A stretch of DNA of 64,000 nucleotides from positions 13,752-77,751 of the forward strand of contig JACPPY010000047.1 of the NCBI GenBank assembly GCA_016190755.1, in the 5' to 3' direction. This DNA is from Chloroflexota bacterium (GTDB lineage Bacteria > Chloroflexota > Dehalococcoidia > JACPPY01). Both the position numbers and the translations under genes were made by a program. The notes below the pieces were generated by a model. It was given only the letters and a program-made list of their open reading frames with translations. It was not told the origin of the DNA and made no database searches. Shown piece after piece: positions 56,667-64,000 of the stretch; position 1 is the stretch's first letter; each line of letters starts with the position of its first letter.

Positions 56667-57584
56667 ATGACCACAGCAGCCTCCGGCCTGGTTTTCAACA
56701 TCCAACGGTTCAGCATACATGACGGACCGGGGATACGCACGACCGTTTTTTTGAAGGGCTGCCCCCTGCGCTGTAAGTGGTGCTGCAACCCCGAGTCCTG
56801 GCCTCAACGGTTCGACCTTATTTTCAATGAGTCCCTCTGTAACGGATGTAAAGCCTGCATCGATGCCTGCCCCCGGCAGGCGCTCACCGTTGCCGACGCG
56901 TCGGGGAAGGCGCGAATCTGGCGCGGCAAGTGCGATCGCTGTCTCAAGTGCGTGGAACGGTGTCCCACCGGCGCTCTGCGCCGCTGCGGCGACTATTATT
57001 CCCCCGAACGTGTCATGGCGGAAATAATGAGCGACTCGCTCTTCTACCGCAATTCAGGGGGGGGCGTGACGTTCTCCGGCGGAGAGCCTCTGTTGCAGGG
57101 CGATTTTTTGCTCCGGCTTTTGATGGATTGCAAGAGCAAAGGGCTGCACACAGCCCTGGAGACTTCGGGCTACTCCAGGCCAGAGGTACTGGAAAAGGCG
57201 GCCAGTTACACGGACCTAATCCTCTATGACATCAAGCATACCGACCCCACGCAGCATCAATGGGCCACGGGGAAGTCCAACGCCCTGATTATAAAGAATG
57301 TCCGGCTGGCTGCGCTGCGGCTGACGAAGGTATGGCTGCGCGTTCCACTTATTCCCGGCTTCAACGACACTACAGAAAATCTCAGCCAGGTCGCAGCTAT
57401 CGCCCGGGAGGTGAGCGCACAAAAGGTCTCCCTTCTACCGTACCACGAGTACGGGCTTTTCAAGTACCGCCAGTTGGGGATAAGATACGGGGGTTCCCAG
57501 TATCGGCCTATGGCCGAGGCGCATGTCGAGGAATGCAAACGCGTCGTGGAAAAAAGCGGCGCCAGATGCGAGATAGGAAGATAG
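56667..57584 (+). CDS. Glycyl-radical-enzyme activating enzyme (radical SAM, with auxiliary 2x[4Fe-4S] ferredoxin-like insert)
   Basis: FNIQRFSIHDGPGIRTTVFLKGCPLRCKWCCNPE is the GRE-AE signature (CxxxCxxC). The insert CNGCKACIDACP...CDRCLKCVERCP is typical of BssD/HpdA/CutD-type activases. Confidence 0.85.
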   Translation: MTTAASGLVFNIQRFSIHDGPGIRTTVFLKGCPLRCKWCCNPESWPQRFDLIFNESLCNGCKACIDACPRQALTVADASGKARIWRGKCDRCLKCVERCPTGALRRCGDYYSPERVMAEIMSDSLFYRNSGGGVTFSGGEPLLQGDFLLRLLMDCKSKGLHTALETSGYSRPEVLEKAASYTDLILYDIKHTDPTQHQWATGKSNALIIKNVRLAALRLTKVWLRVPLIPGFNDTTENLSQVAAIAREVSAQKVSLLPYHEYGLFKYRQLGIRYGGSQYRPMAEAHVEECKRVVEKSGARCEIGR

Positions 57585-57606
57585 CTGGTCAAAAGGAGGG
57601 CACTTT

Positions 57607-58989
57607 ATGGGCGTAACTGAAGAACTGGTGCAGCACATTACCCATACTGAGTTCAATAATCTGGACGCCGAAACCGTCGAGCATGCCAAGAAGCGTATCA
57701 TCGATGTTATTGGATGCTCTTTCGCCGGCACCAAATCCCCCGTTTTCCCCCGCATCATCGACCTCGTACGGGAGTGGGGTGGCAAGCCGGAAAGCACGCT
57801 GCTGGCCCTGCGCGGCGGCAAGCTACCGGCCCATAATGCTGCCCTGGCCAACAGCGTCCTCGCCAGCGCGCTGGACTTCGACCCACTGCATTCCATGTAC
57901 GACGGCAAGACACAGGGTGGCCACATCAGTGGCACGACGGTGCCCGCCGCTCTTGCCGCAGCCGAGCAGAGGAACGCCAGCGGCAAACAGCTTATCACTG
58001 CCCTGGTAATCGGAGACGATATCACGGCCCGGCTGATGGCCGCTTCCGAGTACAGCCCTAGCAAAGGCAAGACTACCGGCTGGGACCCGGAAAGCACCAT
58101 CGCCACTTTCGGTACCACGGGCATTGCCGCGAGCCTTTGGGACCTCGACCAGCGCGAGACTCATAATGCCCTGGGTATCGCTCTCAATGAGGCCGCGGGC
58201 AGTATCGAGACCCTGCACGAGAAGTCCCACTGCTATAAACTCAACCAGGGATTTGGGGCACGGAACGGCATTCTAGCCGTTGAGCTGGCCAGCAAGGGGT
58301 TTATCGGCCTGAAAGAACCCTTCACCGGCGAGTACGGGTATGCTCATCTCTACTGCCGGGTCTTTAAGCCTGAGCTCATATCCAAAGGTTTGGGGGAAAA
58401 GTACTATTCAGACCACGTCATCAAACCGTACCCTGCCAACCTGTTCATACAGCCGGGCATCGCCTGCGCCCTGGAGCTGGTACGGAAAAACAAGTTCAAT
58501 GCCGAGGATATCACCGAGGTGGTCGTTACCCTGTTCGTCGAGAAAGGCCATGAGATCATCATCCAACCGTTCAAGCTTGGCGATGACCCACACATGGATG
58601 CCAACTGGAACCTTTCTTTCAACGTGGCAAGCGTTCTCTTGAGGAAGGAAATGACGCTGGAGAACGTCTCCGATGAAGCCATACGCGACCCAAGAATAAT
58701 GACGCTTACCCAAAAGACACGCATCGTGACCAAGGCCCCGCCCAAGTCCACGGACGTTGAGATCAAGGTGACTCTTAAGAATGGTAAGTCGGTGTCGGCA
58801 ACCCTCGATATGCCTATCGACGAGCCGGATTATCCGACACTGAGCCTGGACCTGGTGAAAGAGAAATTCAGGAATAACCTGGCGTACTTCGGAGGCATGA
58901 CGAAGGCTAACAGTGAGAAGATGCTGCAACTTCTGGAGAACCTCGAAAAGGTTAAGGATGTAGGCGAGGTCTTCAAGCTGTTGGCTTAG
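57607..58989 (+). CDS. MmgE/PrpD family protein
   Basis: 460 aa. N-terminus (AKKRIIDVIGCSFAG...) and length fit the MmgE/PrpD family. Confidence 0.75.
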   Translation: MGVTEELVQHITHTEFNNLDAETVEHAKKRIIDVIGCSFAGTKSPVFPRIIDLVREWGGKPESTLLALRGGKLPAHNAALANSVLASALDFDPLHSMYDGKTQGGHISGTTVPAALAAAEQRNASGKQLITALVIGDDITARLMAASEYSPSKGKTTGWDPESTIATFGTTGIAASLWDLDQRETHNALGIALNEAAGSIETLHEKSHCYKLNQGFGARNGILAVELASKGFIGLKEPFTGEYGYAHLYCRVFKPELISKGLGEKYYSDHVIKPYPANLFIQPGIACALELVRKNKFNAEDITEVVVTLFVEKGHEIIIQPFKLGDDPHMDANWNLSFNVASVLLRKEMTLENVSDEAIRDPRIMTLTQKTRIVTKAPPKSTDVEIKVTLKNGKSVSATLDMPIDEPDYPTLSLDLVKEKFRNNLAYFGGMTKANSEKMLQLLENLEKVKDVGEVFKLLA

Positions 58990-59020
58990 CACCGGCAAAA
59001 GCCCCGGCTGGGGGAACGCA

Positions 59021-60715
59021 CTACATCTTTTCGCAGTAGGGCTGTTCTTCAGCCGGGATATAGCCCGCTCTGATCCACTTGGAACGCGAGAGGCGCGTTA
59101 TCTGCTTCCCGTCGACCGGCACATCTATCACCGTTGGCCCCCTGTTCGCAAAGGCCGCCTGAACCATCTCCGTTAGATCGGCGGGCTTCTCGAGCCGGTA
59201 ACCGGCGGCACCGAAGCTCTTTGCCAGCATGACGAAGTCCGGATTGTTCAGGTCTGTCCCGATAAACCGCTGCCGGTACTCGTAAAGCTGTATGCGGCGG
59301 AGAACCCCGTAGTAGCCGTCATTCATGACAATTATCGGAACGGACAGGTTGTTGGCGGCGCAGGTAGCCAGCTCAGCCATCTGCATCAGGAAAGAGCCAT
59401 CCCCGACGATGGACACCAGTTTCAGGTCCGGTTTGGCAAGCTTCATTCCCATGGCGCAAGGGAAAGCGTACCCCATAGAACCGTAGCCGAAACTTATCAG
59501 CAGTGTGTCAGGCTCATAGACAGTGAAATCATGCTCGTAGAACCACGTGAAAGATGACGTGGCGTCGCATATCACCCGCGCATCGTGCGGCAGTAGATCG
59601 CGCAGCGTTCTGACCATCCACCGTGGATGCAGCGGGAAGGATGGCTGGCCGCGCATGAACTCCTCAGTCTGCTGGCTACGCCATCTTTTGACCCGGGCCA
59701 GCGTCTCGGCGAGCGGACCGTTACCCTTTTTCGGGCTCAATTTCTCGTTCAGCTTAGAGAGTATATACTTTGCGTCGCCGATGAGGGTCAGCTTCGGGTT
59801 GTGCACCTGCCCCACAGCCTCGGGGCTGATGTTCACTTCGATGAGGTCCGGAGGAAGCCTCACCGTCCAGGTCAGTGTTGAGGATTCAGAGAACCTTGTG
59901 CCTATCGCCAGGCAGGCGTCCGTCTTGGCCAGTACTTCCGCGGCTCCGCCGAAAGCGAAGGTGCCGGCCGCCAGTGGATGGTCTTCCGGTATCGTCCCCC
60001 GTCCCGAACGCGATGTGAAGACGGGGGCCGAGAGCTTCTCGGCCAGGTCACGCATTTCTTTAGTGGCGCGGGCCGCAACGACACCACCCCCAGCGAACAG
60101 GCACGGGGCTGCGGATTTTTCGAGCATTCGGGCGGCCTCCTCGATGCGCGCCTCCAGCCCCCGGTCTGGCCGCCATTCCTCCTTCACAGTAGGCAGGAGC
60201 GGGGTTTCATCGCAGGTAGGAAACAGGTCGGTGGGTATCAGGACGGCTGCCGGCCCCCTTCGACCACTGGTGGCGACCCGGAAAGCTCGATTCACCGCGC
60301 CCGGTATGTCCCGCACCTGGCGGCAGAGGATCACCTCTTTTGTTATGGGGCGAAAGATGGTCTCCAGGTCGCATCTATGAACCGAGGCCCGGCTCATATA
60401 GCTGAGGGGGATCTGGGCTGCCAGCACCACCACCGGCATCGAGTCCTCGTAGGCGGAGGCTACGCCGGTCACCATGTTCGTGGCCCCCGGCCCGGGGATG
60501 CTGAAACAGACGCAGGGTTCGCCCGCAGCGCGGGCATAGCCGATGCTGGCGAAAGGGGCCGCCTGTTCGTGGCGCACGCTAATGAACTTTATGGAGGGGT
60601 CATCATACAGGATGTCAAGGACAGGCAGGGTCTGCCACCCGCCGATCCCCAAGATATATTTTGCCCCGTTTGCCTTCAATGCCTCTACCAGGAGTCTAGC
60701 CCCTGAGTTTCCCAA
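59021..60715 (-). CDS. Thiamine-diphosphate enzyme (acetolactate-synthase/benzoylformate-decarboxylase family), paralog of 2438..4114
   Basis: LLVEALKANGAKYILGIGG... and GDGSFLMQMAELATCAANN. Roughly half the residues are identical to the other TPP enzyme, by eye. Confidence 0.8.
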   Translation of the reverse strand: MGNSGARLLVEALKANGAKYILGIGGWQTLPVLDILYDDPSIKFISVRHEQAAPFASIGYARAAGEPCVCFSIPGPGATNMVTGVASAYEDSMPVVVLAAQIPLSYMSRASVHRCDLETIFRPITKEVILCRQVRDIPGAVNRAFRVATSGRRGPAAVLIPTDLFPTCDETPLLPTVKEEWRPDRGLEARIEEAARMLEKSAAPCLFAGGGVVAARATKEMRDLAEKLSAPVFTSRSGRGTIPEDHPLAAGTFAFGGAAEVLAKTDACLAIGTRFSESSTLTWTVRLPPDLIEVNISPEAVGQVHNPKLTLIGDAKYILSKLNEKLSPKKGNGPLAETLARVKRWRSQQTEEFMRGQPSFPLHPRWMVRTLRDLLPHDARVICDATSSFTWFYEHDFTVYEPDTLLISFGYGSMGYAFPCAMGMKLAKPDLKLVSIVGDGSFLMQMAELATCAANNLSVPIIVMNDGYYGVLRRIQLYEYRQRFIGTDLNNPDFVMLAKSFGAAGYRLEKPADLTEMVQAAFANRGPTVIDVPVDGKQITRLSRSKWIRAGYIPAEEQPYCEKM

Positions 60716-60748
60716 GATGCCCTCCTTGCATTTGCCGATCCCTTACTT

Positions 60749-61426
60749 CTATTTCCGCCCGCCGTGCGACCCGGATGACCATATCCTGATCGCCTCATCG
60801 GAGTCAAGAACGTCCCCGCCGTTGCCCATGATAAGCCGGGCGGCCTCATCCATCTCGCGCCGGGTGCTGGCGACGCAATCCTTGAGCAGCACGGCAAAAT
60901 AATCAAAGGCCGAGCAGTCTATGAAAGACGCCAAAACGCAGGCGTTGGTTACCACGCCGGTCACCGCCACCGAGGTAATTCCATTACTACGGAGGATAAG
61001 GTCGAGGTCCGTTCCATGAAACGCCGAGTTGCGGTGCTTCCGAATAATAATCTCTCCAGGCAGGGGTTTCAGCTCTTCAACGATCTGCCAGCCCCAGGTA
61101 CCCTCGATACAGGAAGGGGGCAAACCATTTGGTGAGGTTGCTCCCGCCCGCTTCATACGTGTCCTTAAGAGCGACGGGGATTCGGCGAGCGGCTCCGCGT
61201 AATACGTCATTTGCGCAAAGACCACCAGCACCCCGGCCCGGCGTGCCGCATCCAAAACACGCTTTGCACGAGGGATGATCTGATTACAGGAGGTTATGTC
61301 GTAGCCCTGCTTCTGGAGGTACCCGCCGGGCATGGCATAGTCATTCTGGATATCCACAAGCAAAAGGGCGGTCCGCCCCGGTTCCAGTATCTCTTCTACT
61401 GATAGTGGTACCCGTTTTGCGTTCAT
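60749..61426 (-). CDS. Isochorismatase-family (cysteine) hydrolase
   Basis: ALLLVDIQNDYAMPGG...CVLASFIDCSAFDY. Start trimmed to MNAKRVP with a GGAGG RBS. Confidence 0.75.
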   Translation of the reverse strand: MNAKRVPLSVEEILEPGRTALLLVDIQNDYAMPGGYLQKQGYDITSCNQIIPRAKRVLDAARRAGVLVVFAQMTYYAEPLAESPSLLRTRMKRAGATSPNGLPPSCIEGTWGWQIVEELKPLPGEIIIRKHRNSAFHGTDLDLILRSNGITSVAVTGVVTNACVLASFIDCSAFDYFAVLLKDCVASTRREMDEAARLIMGNGGDVLDSDEAIRIWSSGSHGGRK

Positions 61427-61609
61427 ATTGTGCCTCCTGCTGTTGCCTTCGGCCAACTGTTTAACCAGGATAGTAGCATGATAGATACAACCCAGGCAAG
61501 TTGGTGTTCCCTTGAAGGGGAGCCGCGCTTCCCAGTCCATACGCCTGTGATAGAATGAGGCAACCTATATCAAGGCGCTGCATTTCACCGCCTTCGAGGA
61601 GAAAGAAGG

Positions 61610-62359
61610 ATGAGACTGCCGGAAAGGGTCGCCGTCATTACCGGGGCGGGAGGTATCGGTATTGGTCAGGCTATCGCCGTGACGATGGCGGAAGAAGGCG
61701 CCCGGGTCGTAGTGAATGATATCGATGGGGCCGCCGCCGAGAAGGTGGCGCGGGGAATAAGGGATGCCGGGGGCAAGGCTGCAGCCATACAAGCGGATGT
61801 AACGGTTAGTTCCCAGGTCAACGATATGGTAAGCAGGGCGCTTGAACATTTTGGGCGCATTGACATCCTGGTCAACAACGTGGGCAGGACGCGCCTGCGG
61901 CCGTTCCACCAATGCACTGATGAGGACTTCGAATTCGTGCTGAACATGAACATGAAGTCCACCTTTTACTGCACGCGTGCCGTGCTTGGCCATATGATCG
62001 AACGCCGTTCTGGCAGGATAATCAGCAATGCCTCCATCAACGGCATAATCGGCAGCCCGCTTTCCGTCGGCTACTCGGCGGCCAAAGCGGGCATTATCGG
62101 CTTCACCAGGTCGCTTGCCAAGGAGGTCGGCCAATACGGTATCACGGTGAATTGCGTGTCTCCAGGCGCTATCCTGACTCCGGGGGCTGTCGCCCTTGGC
62201 CCTGAACAGATGGAGATGATGGCGAAGAACAAATACCTTCCCACCTTCGGAGGGCCGAAGGATATCGCCCGGGCGGTGATTTTCCTCGCTTCCGAGGAAG
62301 GCGGTTACATCACCGGCCAGAACATACCCGTCTGTGGCGGGCGCAGCCTGGGGTGGTAA
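61610..62359 (+). CDS. SDR-family oxidoreductase (3-oxoacyl-ACP-reductase-like)
   Basis: VAVITGAGGIGIG, NNVG and a YSAAK active site. Confidence 0.85.
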   Translation: MRLPERVAVITGAGGIGIGQAIAVTMAEEGARVVVNDIDGAAAEKVARGIRDAGGKAAAIQADVTVSSQVNDMVSRALEHFGRIDILVNNVGRTRLRPFHQCTDEDFEFVLNMNMKSTFYCTRAVLGHMIERRSGRIISNASINGIIGSPLSVGYSAAKAGIIGFTRSLAKEVGQYGITVNCVSPGAILTPGAVALGPEQMEMMAKNKYLPTFGGPKDIARAVIFLASEEGGYITGQNIPVCGGRSLGW

Positions 62360-62805
62360 CCTCCTGCTGAGAGGAGCATGCGTGAAGCAGTAAGCAACGA
62401 GCTGGACTAAACCATTCCGAGTATCTGGTGCAACAGTATGGTGGTGTGCGCAAACATCAGGTCCACCCTCATACTATACCGAAGCCAAGGTGAAAGATAC
62501 ATCGTTGTCATACCCGACCCAGAGGGTGCCCCGAGCGGGTATCCAGGTAGTGTTGTTCTCCTACGACTTTTCGTCCCCTCAAGAGGCATATGCTCTCTAT
62601 CCACCTGGATTCCCGATCGGGTCGGGAATGACAATCCGAGATTGATCCCTATGCCCGTAATAGCGCCGGGACAATGTTGTTCTCACTTTGGCTTCAGTTT
62701 AACCTTCTCCCCCCGACAAGTTGGGGTGTGGAGAGAGCCAGGGTGAAGGGTCCTACGTCATGCCCATTAGCTGTGTTTCCGCATTTGTTTGGAGTGGTTT
62801 ATTCT

Positions 62806-63975
62806 TCAGCCGATTTTCTTTGAGACAGCGAGGCCTTGATCGCCGACCTGGGCAATGACGCAGCTACGGTTCCGCGAAGGCATGCCGGTCACAACGATAT
62901 AAAACTCGTCCGGGTTATGTACGACAGGAACGAGCCTGCGAGGGTCATCGCTTACCCCAAAATCTGGAGGCAGCTTGCCCAACTTGACTGACTCCTTGAT
63001 GGAAAGCTCGGATTTGACCGACTGGGATTGCCTGGAAAGATGCATATCCATTTGTTCCGCTGTGATACGTGCTTTTTCAAACAGGTGCATGCGAATCCGC
63101 TTCTTATTATAGCCGGCCTTTTCCAGGATAGATGCGACCAATGGTGTTAGACAAATCACGGGATGGACTTCGGGCCCAAAGCGGGGAAGGATTGCGACTA
63201 GCTGGGAACCTAATACCCTGATGGTCTCGTTGACCAGACCCTGTAAATGTTCCTCGGCATTACCCACGCTGATATAATGCAAACCCATATCACCGCAAGA
63301 GAGTACGGTGACTACATTGTCGCTAGGGGCAAAACCCAAATCAACGCTAAGCGGAGGCCAGGGGCTGTCATATTGATTTTCAGCCAGCACAGGCATATAG
63401 TTCCGGCCGAAAGTTGCCATGTCAGTTTCGCCCAACCTGTAGTCCGCGATATTCATCATGCATAGGCGCAGAAATCTGCTGACGGAAACGTTGGCCTGCT
63501 TTTGAGGCCGGAAGACCCCCTGACCGTAATTGAAATCCAATTCCTTAACGATTGGACCGTTCAGTATAATTAACGGCGTCCATCCCAAAGTACTGCCAGC
63601 GTGCTCCAGACCGAACCTTGGCTCGGCGATAGCCTTGACTAAAGCAATTAACAGAGGCATATACTCTGGACGGCACCCTGCCATCACTCCATTCACCGCA
63701 ATGGCCCAAACAGTCGCCTGCCTGTTTCCGGGGACAAGCGTGCCTATTACTTCATCCGGCCTGCGGCCAGCGGACTTGAGCATGGCCTCAACAGCTTCAA
63801 TGGTCGGCGGTATGATCGGCAAGCCGTCCGACCAACGCTTCTGGAGGAAAAACTCGTTAACCTCGCCGAGATCTCCCTTAAAGACGATGTCCTTGGATTT
63901 CCAATCCAGGTTCTGGTTCCCGTATGCTGTCTCATCATCGCTTGTGGTTAGCTCGTGGATAAGCCCGTCCACCAA
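62806..63975 (-). CDS. Conserved hypothetical protein (389 aa), family not recognised
   Basis: Long uninterrupted ORF ending the cluster; no diagnostic motif identified. Confidence 0.45.
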   Translation of the reverse strand: MVDGLIHELTTSDDETAYGNQNLDWKSKDIVFKGDLGEVNEFFLQKRWSDGLPIIPPTIEAVEAMLKSAGRRPDEVIGTLVPGNRQATVWAIAVNGVMAGCRPEYMPLLIALVKAIAEPRFGLEHAGSTLGWTPLIILNGPIVKELDFNYGQGVFRPQKQANVSVSRFLRLCMMNIADYRLGETDMATFGRNYMPVLAENQYDSPWPPLSVDLGFAPSDNVVTVLSCGDMGLHYISVGNAEEHLQGLVNETIRVLGSQLVAILPRFGPEVHPVICLTPLVASILEKAGYNKKRIRMHLFEKARITAEQMDMHLSRQSQSVKSELSIKESVKLGKLPPDFGVSDDPRRLVPVVHNPDEFYIVVTGMPSRNRSCVIAQVGDQGLAVSKKIG

Positions 63976-64000
63976 CCTGGAGGTATAACTATTAACCTCA

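Noticed and set aside
59547-60706. Plus-strand ORFs of 277 and 242 aa opposite the second TPP enzyme
   Set aside because: Antisense to a gene with TPP-binding motifs; Arg/Ser-rich low complexity.
62440-62520. Partial resemblance to SRP RNA domain IV (caggtcc ... gaagccaaggtga)
   Set aside because: It lacks the GNRA-capped helix 8 and the conserved GGAAGCAGCCAAGGCAG core; similarity is too weak.
1-64000. CRISPR arrays, rRNA and tRNA genes
   Set aside because: No regularly spaced direct repeats and no tRNA-like T-arm/D-arm signatures were seen in any intergenic region. This is a by-eye scan only; tRNAscan and Infernal would be decisive.

Overview
This 64 kb window comes from a high-GC anaerobe-type genome; GC is roughly 58-60% by eye and was not computed. 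It is densely coding and dominated by anaerobic catabolism genes. No rRNA, tRNA or CRISPR arrays were seen.

- **1-7.4 kb, minus strand:** the N-terminus of a glycyl-radical enzyme (GRE) runs off the left edge. It is followed by an ABC transporter whose substrate-binding protein (SBP) and permease genes bracket a thiamine-diphosphate (TPP)-dependent 2-oxoacid decarboxylase-like enzyme and a tungsten-type aldehyde:ferredoxin oxidoreductase (AOR).
- **7.9-10.4 kb, plus strand:** two subunits of a 2-hydroxyacyl-CoA dehydratase / benzoyl-CoA reductase B/C family, with no activator ATPase in the window.
- **10.4-22.2 kb, minus strand:** a succinate dehydrogenase/fumarate reductase (Sdh/Frd)-like flavoprotein, two acyl-CoA dehydrogenases, three tandem family-III CoA transferases (the third lacks a canonical start) and a hydantoinase/acetone-carboxylase-like HyuB/HyuA pair.
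- **22.3-27.0 kb:** a metallo-beta-lactamase (MBL)-fold hydrolase, a small zinc-finger protein and a three-subunit molybdenum hydroxylase in medium-small-large (M-S-L) order. Its [2Fe-2S] subunit is split by a 2-nt insertion.
- **27.4-35.4 kb, minus strand:** an apparent 8-gene operon. Two paralogous DUF1445 hydro-lyase-like genes flank a FAD oxidoreductase and a small protein. They sit upstream of a 2-oxoacid:ferredoxin oxidoreductase (OFOR) whose delta-ferredoxin is fused to a glutamate synthase small-subunit (GltD/NfnB)-like flavoprotein.
- **35.7-37.1 kb:** a Zn alcohol dehydrogenase and a ferredoxin.
- **37.3-43.3 kb:** a 1987-aa secreted S8 subtilase.
- **43.6-51.4 kb:** housekeeping genes (RluD-type pseudouridine synthase, RDD-family membrane protein, glutamyl-tRNA synthetase gltX), a fused double CoA transferase with a 4-oxalocrotonate tautomerase (4-OT), a receiver-less OmpR-type regulator and a tandem universal stress protein (USP).
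- **51.5-55.2 kb:** a lower-GC, transposase-bearing island bounded by TTGTCGGGCAA-type inverted repeats. It carries a Zn-ribbon protein, a DUF488 protein and two unknown proteins.
- **55.3-64.0 kb:** a DegV-family protein, a GRE-activating enzyme with a near-consensus promoter, an MmgE/PrpD-family (2-methylcitrate dehydratase family) protein, a second TPP-enzyme paralog, an isochorismatase-family hydrolase, a short-chain dehydrogenase/reductase (SDR) and a 389-aa unknown.

The best candidates for new biology are the DUF1445/FAD/GltD-OFOR operon, the GRE plus CoA-transferase/acyl-CoA dehydrogenase catabolic island, and the DUF488 cassette on the transposon-like element.
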